Below, piece after piece: positions 25,919-35,164 of a stretch of DNA of 64,000 nt. Location: the NCBI GenBank assembly GCA_041483895.1, contig JBGPGO010000003.1, forward strand, positions 202,792-266,791. The letters run 5' to 3'. The translations under genes and the position numbers were made by a program. The notes below the pieces were generated by a model that was given only the letters and a program-made list of their open reading frames with translations, ran no database searches and was not told the origin of the DNA. Numbering within the stretch: position 1 is the first letter of the stretch; each line of letters opens with the position of its first letter. Origin of the DNA: Fimbriimonadia bacterium (GTDB taxonomy: Bacteria; Armatimonadota; Fimbriimonadia; Fimbriimonadales; JABRVX01).

Positions 25919-28900
25919 CTACGGACCCTCTTCGCGACCGGACTTCGGTGCGACGCGCACCTTGGTAGTAAGTTCCCGCCATTCCCGAATCGGTTTCGTC
26001 TTCGCCTCACCCGAGCCGGCCTTGATGGCCAGCGTTCGGATCTCCTGTGGATGGAGCATGCCGGTTTCGGCGTCCATGGGAATCCCCAATAGATTCGTGG
26101 TCGTCATTCCGGTCTGGTCGTAGCCGATCTTTAGGTCCGCCTTGCCGGATTTGCCGGATAGGTTGACCAATCGCAACACCTGGCCCGCCCCCTCTCTCCG
26201 GAGTGCGGCAGCGACGATATTTGGTCCTGTTTGTAGATAGCTCTTCTCCGCTGCCAGGTTTCCGCCGCCGGTTGACACGGTCATCGCGATCAGTGGTTCC
26301 TCGTACTTCCACGATTCAGCGGCGATATTCGTGCGATTGTCGTGAGGCAGCAGTGCATATTCGAACTCATTGATTCCGTTCCCGGCGAGCGATGGGCAGG
26401 GATGCTCGATATATTGGGGAAGGCTGTTGAGAAGCAGAAGGGCAACGTCGTCGCCGTATGCCTCTCGGTTGGTGATCCCTTTGTCCAGAAGCGCCGCCCC
26501 GCCATGATCGCTCCAACCGACGACGGGAAACAGGCCCTCCCCCCGCTGTTGCCGCCCGTAGGGAATCCCCTGTTCGGACTGCCCGTTCCCGGGAAGTCGA
26601 AAGTGCACGGATACGATCTTCGATTCGCCCCGCCAGTCCAGGCGCGTCTTGAAGTCAATCCGTGGGCTGTGGCGATACAGGGTGATTTGGCGGCGCAGAG
26701 GCGAATCCTTTCCCAGAGAGTTCTCCACCGTAATCACCCAAGCGAGCGGCCCTTCTTCCACGGCGATGGCCGGCTTCGTCTCTCCGGATGTCCCAACGAT
26801 CTTCCGTTGTTGGCGCGGAGCGGGAAAATGCTGTTCCGCCCCTGTTTCGATGCGCAGCTCATTCGATTCCCCACTGAGCAGTTCTTTGCCGCCTTTGTCC
26901 TTCAGGCTTGCGATTGCCCCTGATGTCGGGTTAATGGTCAGTGTGTAATAGGGAGTCTTGATGGTGGCGGCCTTCGTGCTCTTTGATTCGGTTGGCACGC
27001 CCGAAGAAACGTGAAGGGTTGTGTAGCCAAGCGCCGGCGTCTTCACAAGACCGACAACCTTGCCATCCAAGGTCTGTGTCGGTATGAGTCGACCCGTGTT
27101 GTCCCGCACGATTGTCCCCGGAGCGATGGGCAATTCGCACGTTTCCTCGCGCGGCCAAGAAAGGGGATTGAATACCAGAATCGTCGCCTCCTCCTTGCTC
27201 GCCGCCATTTTGCCACCCACGTACCGCAACGCATCTTCCAACACCCGCCCAGCTATCCGGTCCACAAAATCAAACCGATCCGTCGCGTTCCACTCCTCAT
27301 CCCCCCGGAAAACCGACTCGATCGCCGCGCCCCAAATCGTGTTGCGATCCATGTTGAGCAGCAACTGGATCCAGCAGGTATACAAATCCTGTGCCGGGTA
27401 ATCGAACCCGTGCAGGTTCGCCAGAGTTGCCGCCTTCTCCGCCTCCATCAGCAAATGCTCCGAATGGCGAAACCGCTGCCGGACCCACGGCATATTGACG
27501 TTGAACGCGAGCCAGCTATACCCCAGCTCGCCGTCTAGGACCGGCAAGCCGTCGCTCTTTAGATTCTTTAGGAACGACGAGGGGGTTGTGAATTGGAACT
27601 TGTCCTTCGGGTGGGCCGCGTTCCACTCTTCAATCAGTTGCTCGGCAAATCCCGGTTTGGCGGGGGGCAGGGAGTAGTCGCCATACCCGGTCGGGACCAA
27701 CGCCGCGTCCGTGGGCGAGTTCAGTGCAATGTATCGCTTCGTTTCTTCAAAATCACGCAACGCGTTCTCGTGGACTGTAGCTTCGGCAAAGACGCTCCCT
27801 GGATGTTCCGGTTGGCCGAACCAGCCGTACACGGGCCAGTTCACGCCGAACAGCTCGCTTCCATCCGGGGATCGCCATCGGAAGACCGTGCTGCCGGTCG
27901 GATTGCCGCGCGTGAACACGATGGAGGAGATGCCGGTCTTGCTGACTATCTGGGGCATCTGAGCGTGCATGCCGACCGCGTCTATCATCCAGCAGGTTGA
28001 AGGCGTGCGCCCCATTTCCTCCTGTTGCCATCGTACACCCTGGATAGCCATCTGGCACAGCGCTTCGCCATCTGCCAAGTTCGTATCCGGCTCCAGAAAG
28101 AAGCTGTTCACGAGCTCCACCCGCCCCGCGTCCATCTCCTCTTTCAGCCGCATCCACTGGTCGTCCGTCAGCTTCTCTTTGGCAGTGATCAGGTTTGGGA
28201 CCTCGGAAAGCGCGAACCGATAACTGGGTTGGTTTCGCATGTAGTACAGGTGCTGGTTTAGAATGTCCGCGACTTTCTGCCGTTCGCCCGACCAGGGCAG
28301 AAGCCATCCGCAGATCGTGCCGTGCGAATTGGGGACCATATCGACCGTGATCGGACGGTTCATCCATTGGCGCACTGGTGAAATATCGAACCACTTGTGG
28401 CCGGCGAGATAATCTAGGGCGTTCCTCGTCAGCCGCTCCAGGTTGGCGCGATAGCGGTTGTTCGCGCGGCCATAGTCCGGCAGCCGCCAACCGATGGCGA
28501 GAATGCGACCCTTCCCGACCGCGTACTCGACAATCGGCCACTCGCCTTCATCGGGCCAAGCCTGCGCTATCGGAATGCCCTCTATTGGACCGCCCGTCCC
28601 ATGGAAATCGGCCGTTGGTGGATGACCGCCGGACGTGACGCTTGTCTCGCCGGTCAGTCCTTGGAATAGTGGGTGGGTTTTGGTGGGGATCAGCGGTCGA
28701 AACCCGGCGACGAAGTTGTCGGAACCCGCTTCCAGGCGGCGTAACGGCGCGCTTTCGATCCCGACGGAGTTGAGACTTGTCAGCGCGGTACCTGTGAGCA
28801 GCAGCCCCCCACCCTTCTCCACAAATTCGCGCAAATGGGGCGTAAGTCCGGAGGTCGGGCTGGTCTGGTCGCCGTGCCACCACACTGTATCGAAGCCGTC

Positions 28901-29035
28901 GAACCTGTCGTCCACCATCTTGGCGTGGAGGCTTTTGAGCGCGAATTCCTTCGCCGAACTGTCTCCCTTGTCAACAAACCCGATGGAGTGCGGAGCGATT
29001 CCCGTCAGAACACAAATTACAAGTGTCATCATCAA
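25919..29035 (-). CDS. GH38 alpha-mannosidase-like glycoside hydrolase with N-terminal accessory domain
   Basis: Signal peptide; GRVELV, EPDTNLADGEAL, WMID, FRWRSPDGS, VFNPLSWPR, RIDFKT. Confidence 0.8.
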   Translation of the reverse strand: MMMTLVICVLTGIAPHSIGFVDKGDSSAKEFALKSLHAKMVDDRFDGFDTVWWHGDQTSPTSGLTPHLREFVEKGGGLLLTGTALTSLNSVGIESAPLRRLEAGSDNFVAGFRPLIPTKTHPLFQGLTGETSVTSGGHPPTADFHGTGGPIEGIPIAQAWPDEGEWPIVEYAVGKGRILAIGWRLPDYGRANNRYRANLERLTRNALDYLAGHKWFDISPVRQWMNRPITVDMVPNSHGTICGWLLPWSGERQKVADILNQHLYYMRNQPSYRFALSEVPNLITAKEKLTDDQWMRLKEEMDAGRVELVNSFFLEPDTNLADGEALCQMAIQGVRWQQEEMGRTPSTCWMIDAVGMHAQMPQIVSKTGISSIVFTRGNPTGSTVFRWRSPDGSELFGVNWPVYGWFGQPEHPGSVFAEATVHENALRDFEETKRYIALNSPTDAALVPTGYGDYSLPPAKPGFAEQLIEEWNAAHPKDKFQFTTPSSFLKNLKSDGLPVLDGELGYSWLAFNVNMPWVRQRFRHSEHLLMEAEKAATLANLHGFDYPAQDLYTCWIQLLLNMDRNTIWGAAIESVFRGDEEWNATDRFDFVDRIAGRVLEDALRYVGGKMAASKEEATILVFNPLSWPREETCELPIAPGTIVRDNTGRLIPTQTLDGKVVGLVKTPALGYTTLHVSSGVPTESKSTKAATIKTPYYTLTINPTSGAIASLKDKGGKELLSGESNELRIETGAEQHFPAPRQQRKIVGTSGETKPAIAVEEGPLAWVITVENSLGKDSPLRRQITLYRHSPRIDFKTRLDWRGESKIVSVHFRLPGNGQSEQGIPYGRQQRGEGLFPVVGWSDHGGAALLDKGITNREAYGDDVALLLLNSLPQYIEHPCPSLAGNGINEFEYALLPHDNRTNIAAESWKYEEPLIAMTVSTGGGNLAAEKSYLQTGPNIVAAALRREGAGQVLRLVNLSGKSGKADLKIGYDQTGMTTTNLLGIPMDAETGMLHPQEIRTLAIKAGSGEAKTKPIREWRELTTKVRVAPKSGREEGP

Positions 29036-29262
29036 GGGATCCTATTCGCCTCTCACAGGCGATTCCCTTGAGGACAGATGCAAACAGGAGGCGGCCGGCC
29101 GCCTCCTGATCGGATCGATGGCAATGCTCCTTGGCTACTTCGGCATGTCGCCGGCTCCATTGCAACGGTGGTTGTCCGGCGTGAAATGGGTCATGCCACT
29201 TTCGGGTCCCGACCCCAATCAGTCGGCTTGCGGGCCGGTAGCAATTCACCGACCTTTGCGGG

Positions 29263-29271
29263 TGCTATAAT
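29263..29271 (+). promoter_or_regulatory. Extended -10 promoter for carB
   Basis: TGCTATAAT 38 nt upstream of GTG 29309. Confidence 0.55.
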
Positions 29272-29308
29272 ACACGGGTTCCCCCCAACTCTCCCGGAAA
29301 GGCTGCCT

Positions 29309-32300
29309 GTGCCACGCGACGCGAGCATCAAGAAGGTCCTGGTCATCGGTTCAGGTCCGATTGTGATCGGGCAGGCGGCGGAATTTGATTATGCCGGGAC
29401 ACAGGCGTGCCGGTCGCTTCGCGAGGAAGGCGTTTCCGTCGTCCTCGTCAACTCCAATCCCGCAACAATCATGACTGACGCGGCTACAGCGGATCGGGTG
29501 TACATCGAGCCGCTCACGATCCCCTTTCTCGAGCGCATTATCGCCATCGAAAAACCGGATTCGCTGTTGCCGTCGCTAGGGGGGCAGACCGGACTCAATC
29601 TCGCCGCCCAGCTCGCGGACGAGGGGATACTAGAAAGATATGGCGTCCGTCTTCTGGGTACGCCGCTCTCGGCGATTCACAAAGCGGAGGACCGGGAGAT
29701 GTTCCGCGATGCCATGCGGCATATCAATGAGCCCGTTCCGGAAAGCTGGGTCGTCGTGTCGCGGGAACAGCTAGCGGATGTCGCGGAGATTGCTCCGTAC
29801 CCGTGCATCATCCGCCCCGCCTACACTCTCGGCGGCACGGGCGGCGGCGTGGCCCATGACAAAGAAGAGCTGATCGAGATCGGCCGACTCGGTCTCTCCC
29901 TCTCCATGCGCAATCAGATATTGGTCGAACGCAGCCTGCTCGGTTGGAAAGAGCTCGAGTATGAGGTGATGCGCGATGGCGCGAACAACGCGATCACCAT
30001 CTGCAACATGGAGAACCTGGATCCGATGGGAGTGCATACGGGTGACAGCATCGTGGTCGCTCCCAGCCAGACGCTGAGCGATATCGAATATCAGTTGCTG
30101 CGGTCCGCATCGTTGCGAATCATCCGCGAGCTTGGCGTAGAGGGCGGGTGCAACGTACAATTTGCCGTCAGCCCGCACGGCTTCGATTACTATGTGATCG
30201 AGGTCAATCCGCGCGTGTCACGGTCTTCCGCGCTGGCATCTAAGGCGACGGGATATCCCATCGCGCGCGTATCGGCAAAGGTTGCGATCGGTCTTCGGCT
30301 GGACGAAATCGACAACGCCGTGACGAAGAAGACCAAGGCATTTTTCGAACCGGCATTGGACTATTGCGTGGTGAAAATCCCACGATGGCCGTTCGACAAA
30401 TTCTTAGAGGGCGACCGGCGGTTGGGCACGCAGATGAAGGCGACCGGAGAAGTGATGGCGATCGACCGGACCTTTGAGGCGGCCCTGATGAAGGCGCTCC
30501 GCTCGCTGGAATTGGACGCCCACGATCTCCGACATCCCCGCTTTTCCGGTATGCCCGATGACGAGCTTTGGACCGCGGCCCGCACCGCCACCGACGATCG
30601 CCTGTGGGCTGTCATCGAGGTTCTCCGACGTTCTGGAGGATTAGTGTCTGGAGGGCTCCGTTCCATCGGAGCCGATTTGCGACATGGCTCCGATGGAACG
30701 GAGCCCTCCAGAACGGAGTCTTCCAATAAAGCCGGCTCCGATGGAACGGAGCCCTCCAGAACGGAGCCCTCGATCCGGGCGCTCGCGCGCGAAACGGGCA
30801 TCGACTTGTGGTTTCTGGAAAAGCTCCACCGGCTCGTGCAAATCGAAAAAGAGATTTCGGACACGCCGATGGATGGCAACAGCTTGCGCCGATGGAAGCA
30901 GTTAGGTTTCTCCGATCGCACGATCGCCGCAATGCTGGGAATGACGGAAAGGGAAGTGCGGGAACGGAGGAAGATCGAAGGCATCCTTCCCGCCTACAAA
31001 ATGGTCGATACGTGCGCCGGGGAGTTTGAGGCAGTCACGCCCTATTATTACTCCACCTATCATGGCGAATCCGACGACACTCCTCCGCGCGACGGTTCGG
31101 CTATCCTCGTCCTCGGCTCCGGTCCCATCCGCATCGGCCAAGGCGTGGAGTTCGATTACTGCAGCGTCCACGCCGTCCAAGCGCTGCATGACGCCGGTCG
31201 GCGATCGGTCATCATCAACAGCAATCCGGAAACCGTCAGCACCGACTTCGACATCTCCGACGCCCTCTACTTCGATCCGATAACGCTCGAAGACGTGCTG
31301 AACCTGTGCAATCACGAGCAACCGGAAGGGGTCATTGTGCAGTTCGGCGGGCAGACTGCCGTCAACCTCGCCCGGCCGCTGCAAGAAGCGGGGATCAAGC
31401 TGATGGGGACCTCGGCGGATGCGATGGAGGCGACCGAAGACCGCGACAAATTCGAGCAGCTTCTCACGCGATTGGACCTGCCGAAGCCGCCGGGGCAAGG
31501 AGTGACGGCGTTGGTGGACGCGCGAAAAGTGGCCGCGCGGATCGGCTATCCGGTGCTGGTCCGGCCGTCGTTTGTTTTAGGGGGCCGGGCGATGCGAGTG
31601 GTTCACGCCGAGGATGAGCTGACCGCCTATTGGGCGGGCGCGGCGGCGGCATCGGCGGATGCGCCGGTACTTGTAGATAAGTTTATCGTTGGCGGTGAGG
31701 CGGAAGTCGATCTGGTATGCGACGGATCGAACGTGGCACTCAGCGGCATCATGGAGCATATCGAAGCGGCCGGCGTGCATTCCGGCGACAGCATGGCGGT
31801 TACTCCTCCCATCACGCTGACGGCAACCGTATGCGAGCAGATCGAGGAGAGCGCGCGCCGAATCGCTTTGGAGGCGGGGATAGTCGGCATGCTCAATATC
31901 CAATACGTGATTCGCGATGGCGTCCCGTACGTTTTGGAAGTGAATCCGCGCGCCAGCCGAACCATCCCGTACATTAGCAAGGTGATTGGCGTTCCGCTCG
32001 TTCAGCTTGCGGTGCGGGCCATGTTGGGAGAGCCGATAGCCGAGGTCGTTCGCGCCACCGGCAAGGTCTACGCGGTCAAAGCGCCGGTGTTCAGCTTCCA
32101 AAAGTTGACCAGGGTCGAACCGATGCTGGGACCCGAGATGAAATCCACGGGCGAGATTATGGGGGTGGACGACGACTATCCCTCGGCGTTGCTCAAGGCC
32201 TTCATCGCCGCCGGGATGCCGCCGCAGCCGACGGGTTTGGCGCTTCTCACCGTGTCGGATCGCGATAAGGAGCGGATCGTGCGAATCGGGAAAAAGCTCA

Positions 32301-32632
32301 TCGATCGAGGGTACGAAATCGCGGCGACGCTGGGGACGCATGAAGCCCTCCAATCGGCCGGTGTCGCGTCGGCGCCGGTGCAGAAGATGCAGCAGGGGTC
32401 GCCGAGCATTCTGGACCTCGTTCGTGGCGGAACGGTTTCGCTACTCATCAATACCATCTCGCACACTGTCGAATCGGAGGGGCATTCGGTCAAGATTCGA
32501 CGCGCTTGCGTGGAACAGGGCGTCCCATGCGTTACATCCCTGGACACCGCCGAAGCGCTCATCGAGGCGATAGACGCCGCCAAGAACCCGTCCGCAGTAG
32601 ATTGCCGGGCCTTGACGGACTATGTGCACTAG
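29309..32632 (+). CDS. carB: Carbamoyl-phosphate synthase large subunit (with repeat-derived insertion)
   Basis: KKVLVIGSGPIVIGQAAEFDY, IEVNPRVSRSSALASKATG, second ATP-grasp, MGS domain; start reassigned to GTG 29309. Confidence 0.97.
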   Translation: MPRDASIKKVLVIGSGPIVIGQAAEFDYAGTQACRSLREEGVSVVLVNSNPATIMTDAATADRVYIEPLTIPFLERIIAIEKPDSLLPSLGGQTGLNLAAQLADEGILERYGVRLLGTPLSAIHKAEDREMFRDAMRHINEPVPESWVVVSREQLADVAEIAPYPCIIRPAYTLGGTGGGVAHDKEELIEIGRLGLSLSMRNQILVERSLLGWKELEYEVMRDGANNAITICNMENLDPMGVHTGDSIVVAPSQTLSDIEYQLLRSASLRIIRELGVEGGCNVQFAVSPHGFDYYVIEVNPRVSRSSALASKATGYPIARVSAKVAIGLRLDEIDNAVTKKTKAFFEPALDYCVVKIPRWPFDKFLEGDRRLGTQMKATGEVMAIDRTFEAALMKALRSLELDAHDLRHPRFSGMPDDELWTAARTATDDRLWAVIEVLRRSGGLVSGGLRSIGADLRHGSDGTEPSRTESSNKAGSDGTEPSRTEPSIRALARETGIDLWFLEKLHRLVQIEKEISDTPMDGNSLRRWKQLGFSDRTIAAMLGMTEREVRERRKIEGILPAYKMVDTCAGEFEAVTPYYYSTYHGESDDTPPRDGSAILVLGSGPIRIGQGVEFDYCSVHAVQALHDAGRRSVIINSNPETVSTDFDISDALYFDPITLEDVLNLCNHEQPEGVIVQFGGQTAVNLARPLQEAGIKLMGTSADAMEATEDRDKFEQLLTRLDLPKPPGQGVTALVDARKVAARIGYPVLVRPSFVLGGRAMRVVHAEDELTAYWAGAAAASADAPVLVDKFIVGGEAEVDLVCDGSNVALSGIMEHIEAAGVHSGDSMAVTPPITLTATVCEQIEESARRIALEAGIVGMLNIQYVIRDGVPYVLEVNPRASRTIPYISKVIGVPLVQLAVRAMLGEPIAEVVRATGKVYAVKAPVFSFQKLTRVEPMLGPEMKSTGEIMGVDDDYPSALLKAFIAAGMPPQPTGLALLTVSDRDKERIVRIGKKLIDRGYEIAATLGTHEALQSAGVASAPVQKMQQGSPSILDLVRGGTVSLLINTISHTVESEGHSVKIRRACVEQGVPCVTSLDTAEALIEAIDAAKNPSAVDCRALTDYVH
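30647..30772. repeat. Palindromic repeat cluster inside carB
   Basis: TCTGGAGGGCTCCGTTCCATCGGAGCC (30647-30673) and two exact reverse complements (30686-30712, 30734-30760). Confidence 0.95.
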
Positions 32633-32636
32633 GTAG

Positions 32637-32674
32637 TTCCAAATTCTGAATTCTAGAATATAGAATGGTATACT
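32637..32674 (+). promoter_or_regulatory. Putative operator plus extended -10 of the TA pair
   Basis: AT-rich ATTCTGAATTCTAGAATATAGAAT containing palindrome ATTCTAGAAT, then TGGTATACT 6 nt before the ATG. Confidence 0.6.
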
Positions 32675-32680
32675 GGCGCC

Positions 32681-33181
32681 ATGCTAAAGCCTCAAGATGT
32701 ATTGATCGTACTAAAGCTCCAGGCCATCGGCAATAAAGAAACGCTCCAGAAACTTAGTTCGATGCTTGGTCTGAGCGCATCTCAAGTACACGCATCCATG
32801 CAGCGGCTCAAAGTCGGAGGATTGGTAAATGATGTCTCCGCGGTGCAACCGAGGGCCGTATATGAGATGCTCCTAGCACTAAGATATTTCATGCCCGCGG
32901 AAAAGAACGGACTGGTCCGGGGTATTCCTACGGCATACGCCGCGCCGCCGCTTTCGAACAAGATCGTTGCGGGCGACGAGCCTCCACCGGTATGGTCGGA
33001 TGCGGAGGGCACTGTGAAGGGCATGTCCATTTCGCCGATCCACAAAGTGGTGCCTGTGGCAATAAAGCAGGATCCAGTGCTTTATGAATATCTCGCACTC
33101 GTGGATGCGCTCCGCATTGGACGCGCGAGAGAGGTTCAATTGGCACGTGACGAATTGAAGGCGAGATTTGGCATTTCGTGA
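32681..33181 (+). CDS. HTH protein, probable type IV TA antitoxin (AbiEi-like)
   Basis: MLKPQDVLIVLKL, HTH-like LSSMLGLSASQVH, GIPTAYAAPPL, LALVDALRIGRARE; coupled to a nucleotidyltransferase gene. Confidence 0.6.
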   Translation: MLKPQDVLIVLKLQAIGNKETLQKLSSMLGLSASQVHASMQRLKVGGLVNDVSAVQPRAVYEMLLALRYFMPAEKNGLVRGIPTAYAAPPLSNKIVAGDEPPPVWSDAEGTVKGMSISPIHKVVPVAIKQDPVLYEYLALVDALRIGRAREVQLARDELKARFGIS

Positions 33182-33879
33182 TGCGATCTTCTCCGCAATT
33201 AGACATGATCGTGAAGGCATCGGGTGCACTGGGCCCTTTGAACGACAACGTTGTCTTTGTTGGAGGCTCGGTCCTCTGCTTGCTGCTGACCGATGAGTCC
33301 GCCGCAACGCCGAGGCCGACAGAAGACGTTGACGTCATTATCGAGATTGCATCGCGGAAGCAGTACTATGAACTCGAAGACAAGCTACGAAATCTCGGTT
33401 TTCAACAAGACCCATTTGAGTCGAACATATGCCGCTGGCGTATTGAAGATTTGGCGGTGGACATTATGCCGATCAAAGAGGAGATATTGGGGTTTACCAA
33501 CGATTGGTATCTTTCGGCGATGACTCATGGCACCAGGATCGAACTTCCGAATCGTATGGTAATTGCAAGGATCGATGCGCCGCACTTTGTCGCAACGAAG
33601 CTGTCGGCCTTTCGTGATCGTGGCGGCGGCGACATGTTCTCGAGCGTCGATATGGAAGACGTCGTTACAATTCTTGATGGCCGACCGGAATTGATCGAGG
33701 AAGTTAGTCTGTCCCCGGCCGACCTGTTGTCGTATCTAGCTTCTGAGGCTCGCCGGCTCCTCGAAGAACAACATTTGGAATCCGCGATAGAAGGCCATCT
33801 TCGAACTGTCCTCAATTCGGCCGCGCGCGTTCCGATCGTATTGGATCGAATTCGCCTGTTGACCGAGATAAAGGGCTAA
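33178..33879 (+). CDS. Nucleotidyltransferase, probable AbiEii-like toxin
   Basis: VFVGGS, RPTEDVD, VDIMP, ATKLSAF.DRG, DMEDV. Confidence 0.7.
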   Translation: MMRSSPQLDMIVKASGALGPLNDNVVFVGGSVLCLLLTDESAATPRPTEDVDVIIEIASRKQYYELEDKLRNLGFQQDPFESNICRWRIEDLAVDIMPIKEEILGFTNDWYLSAMTHGTRIELPNRMVIARIDAPHFVATKLSAFRDRGGGDMFSSVDMEDVVTILDGRPELIEEVSLSPADLLSYLASEARRLLEEQHLESAIEGHLRTVLNSAARVPIVLDRIRLLTEIKG

Positions 33880-33912
33880 CGCCGCCGGACGGCGAAACTG
33901 AGTACCGCAAGG

Positions 33913-34983
33913 ATGCTAGGTATCTGGACCACTCTCTTCGGGTTTTTTGTGGGAGCCGCCGCCGGGAGCTTCGTCAACGTCCTTGTCTGGCGGCTCCCGC
34001 GCAACCAGTCCATCAATAACCCCAAGTGGAGCTATTGCCCGAACTGCAAGGCCCGCCTCACGCTTTTGGACCTATTCCCCCTGCTCAGCTTCCTGTTCAG
34101 CCGTGCCCGGTGCCGCCACTGCGGAAAGCCGATCGCGTGGCGATATTTTTGGGTAGAGATTATGTGCGCCTCCCTTTGGGCCGGTCTGTGGTATCAGAAT
34201 ATGGTGATCGGTTGGCAGCCTGCCGTCTTCCTGGCCTACGCGCTTTTTGCCACCGCTCTCGTCGCGATCGTATTTATCGATATCGAGTTTTTCCTCATCC
34301 CCGACGAGCTGAACACCTGGCTTCTCCTGTGCGGCATCGGGCTTGGAGTCTATTTCCTGGTGATCGGAGACCTGCGCGGCTGGCAGCAGGTGGGTTCGTT
34401 GCATCTGCCGGCATTCTTGGTCGGGATGGTGGCGGGTACGGCAATTCTGTGGCTAATCGCGTTTTTGGGCAGAATTCTGTTTCGCAAAGATGCCATGGGG
34501 CATGGGGACATCAAGATGGCGCGGGGCATGGGGGCGCTGCTGCCGTTCCCGTTTCTGGTGGCCTCTATCGGATTGGCAATCGCGTTTGGGGCGGTGATTG
34601 GGGTCATTTTGCTGATACTGTTGGGGAACAAGAGTGAGCCGGAAGTTGCGCAGGAAGCGCCGGAAGAGGAAAATCCCAAGCCAGAGCCGGTTGGGGTGCT
34701 TCTCGTCGCCCTCCCGATCTATCTCCTCTGTCTGGATGCCATTACGACCCTCATCCCGCCGCTCATGAAGCCGCTGGATGGCGTTACTACGCGATTGATA
34801 AAGTCCGTCGCACCTGGTTGGGAGCCGCCGTCCGAAGACCCGGCAGAAGATGACTGGAAGCCGACCGCGTCGACAATCCCATTTGGCCCCTGGCTGGCGG
34901 CGGGGGCATTGTGCGCCATGCTGCTTGCGGGGCCCATCGAAACCGGCGTACGAGCCTATATCCGATGGGCGACAGGGGGTTGA
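33913..34983 (+). CDS. pilD: Prepilin peptidase (A24A)
   Basis: GSFVNVLVWRLP, CPNC...CRHC, FIDIE, MGHGDIK, IPFGPWLA. Confidence 0.92.
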   Translation: MLGIWTTLFGFFVGAAAGSFVNVLVWRLPRNQSINNPKWSYCPNCKARLTLLDLFPLLSFLFSRARCRHCGKPIAWRYFWVEIMCASLWAGLWYQNMVIGWQPAVFLAYALFATALVAIVFIDIEFFLIPDELNTWLLLCGIGLGVYFLVIGDLRGWQQVGSLHLPAFLVGMVAGTAILWLIAFLGRILFRKDAMGHGDIKMARGMGALLPFPFLVASIGLAIAFGAVIGVILLILLGNKSEPEVAQEAPEEENPKPEPVGVLLVALPIYLLCLDAITTLIPPLMKPLDGVTTRLIKSVAPGWEPPSEDPAEDDWKPTASTIPFGPWLAAGALCAMLLAGPIETGVRAYIRWATGG

Positions 34984-34991
34984 CGTCGTCC

Positions 34992-35056
34992 GATGTGTTT
35001 GGGTCTTGGGTATCGGTGCTAGGGCGGATATCGGAACGCGTGAACCCCGACACTTC
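34992..35056. repeat. Degenerate copy of the GTCGGGGTC...GACCCCGAC hairpin family
   Basis: GATGTGTTTGGGTC...ACCCCGACACTTC. Confidence 0.55.
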
Positions 35057-35071
35057 TGGGGTAAGGCTTAA

Positions 35072-35159
35072 ACAATAAAGACGGCCCGAAGGCCGTCTGT
35101 TTTATAAGTGGGGCCGCATCCGTGCGGCCTCCTTCGTTCCCACCATCCTTGGTGTCCAC
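35072..35159 (-). ncRNA. Candidate GGA-rich small RNA (CsrB/RsmY/RsmZ-like)
   Basis: Own promoter and terminator; hairpins CACC-AAGGAU-GGUG and GGCCGC-ACGGAU-GCGGCC; five GGA motifs; no ORF. Confidence 0.7.
35074..35104. terminator. Bidirectional intrinsic terminator
   Basis: AGACGGCC-CGAA-GGCCGTCT (UUCG loop on the - strand) with A/T-rich flanks. Confidence 0.85.
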
Positions 35160-35164
35160 TGCTT

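Noticed and set aside
29078..29308. N-terminal extension of CarB, or a 50-aa ORF at 29118-29270
   Set aside because: CarB homology starts at VPRDASIKKVL and an extended -10 lies inside this stretch. The small ORF has no recognisable features.
30632..30772. carB insertion as an intein or intron
   Set aside because: Too short, no Cys/Ser...His-Asn intein ends or intron structure, and fully explained by a DNA palindrome.
35072..35159. tRNA, SRP or 6S identity for the small RNA candidate
   Set aside because: No cloverleaf or T-loop, no SRP GGAA-loop domain context, and too short for 6S.
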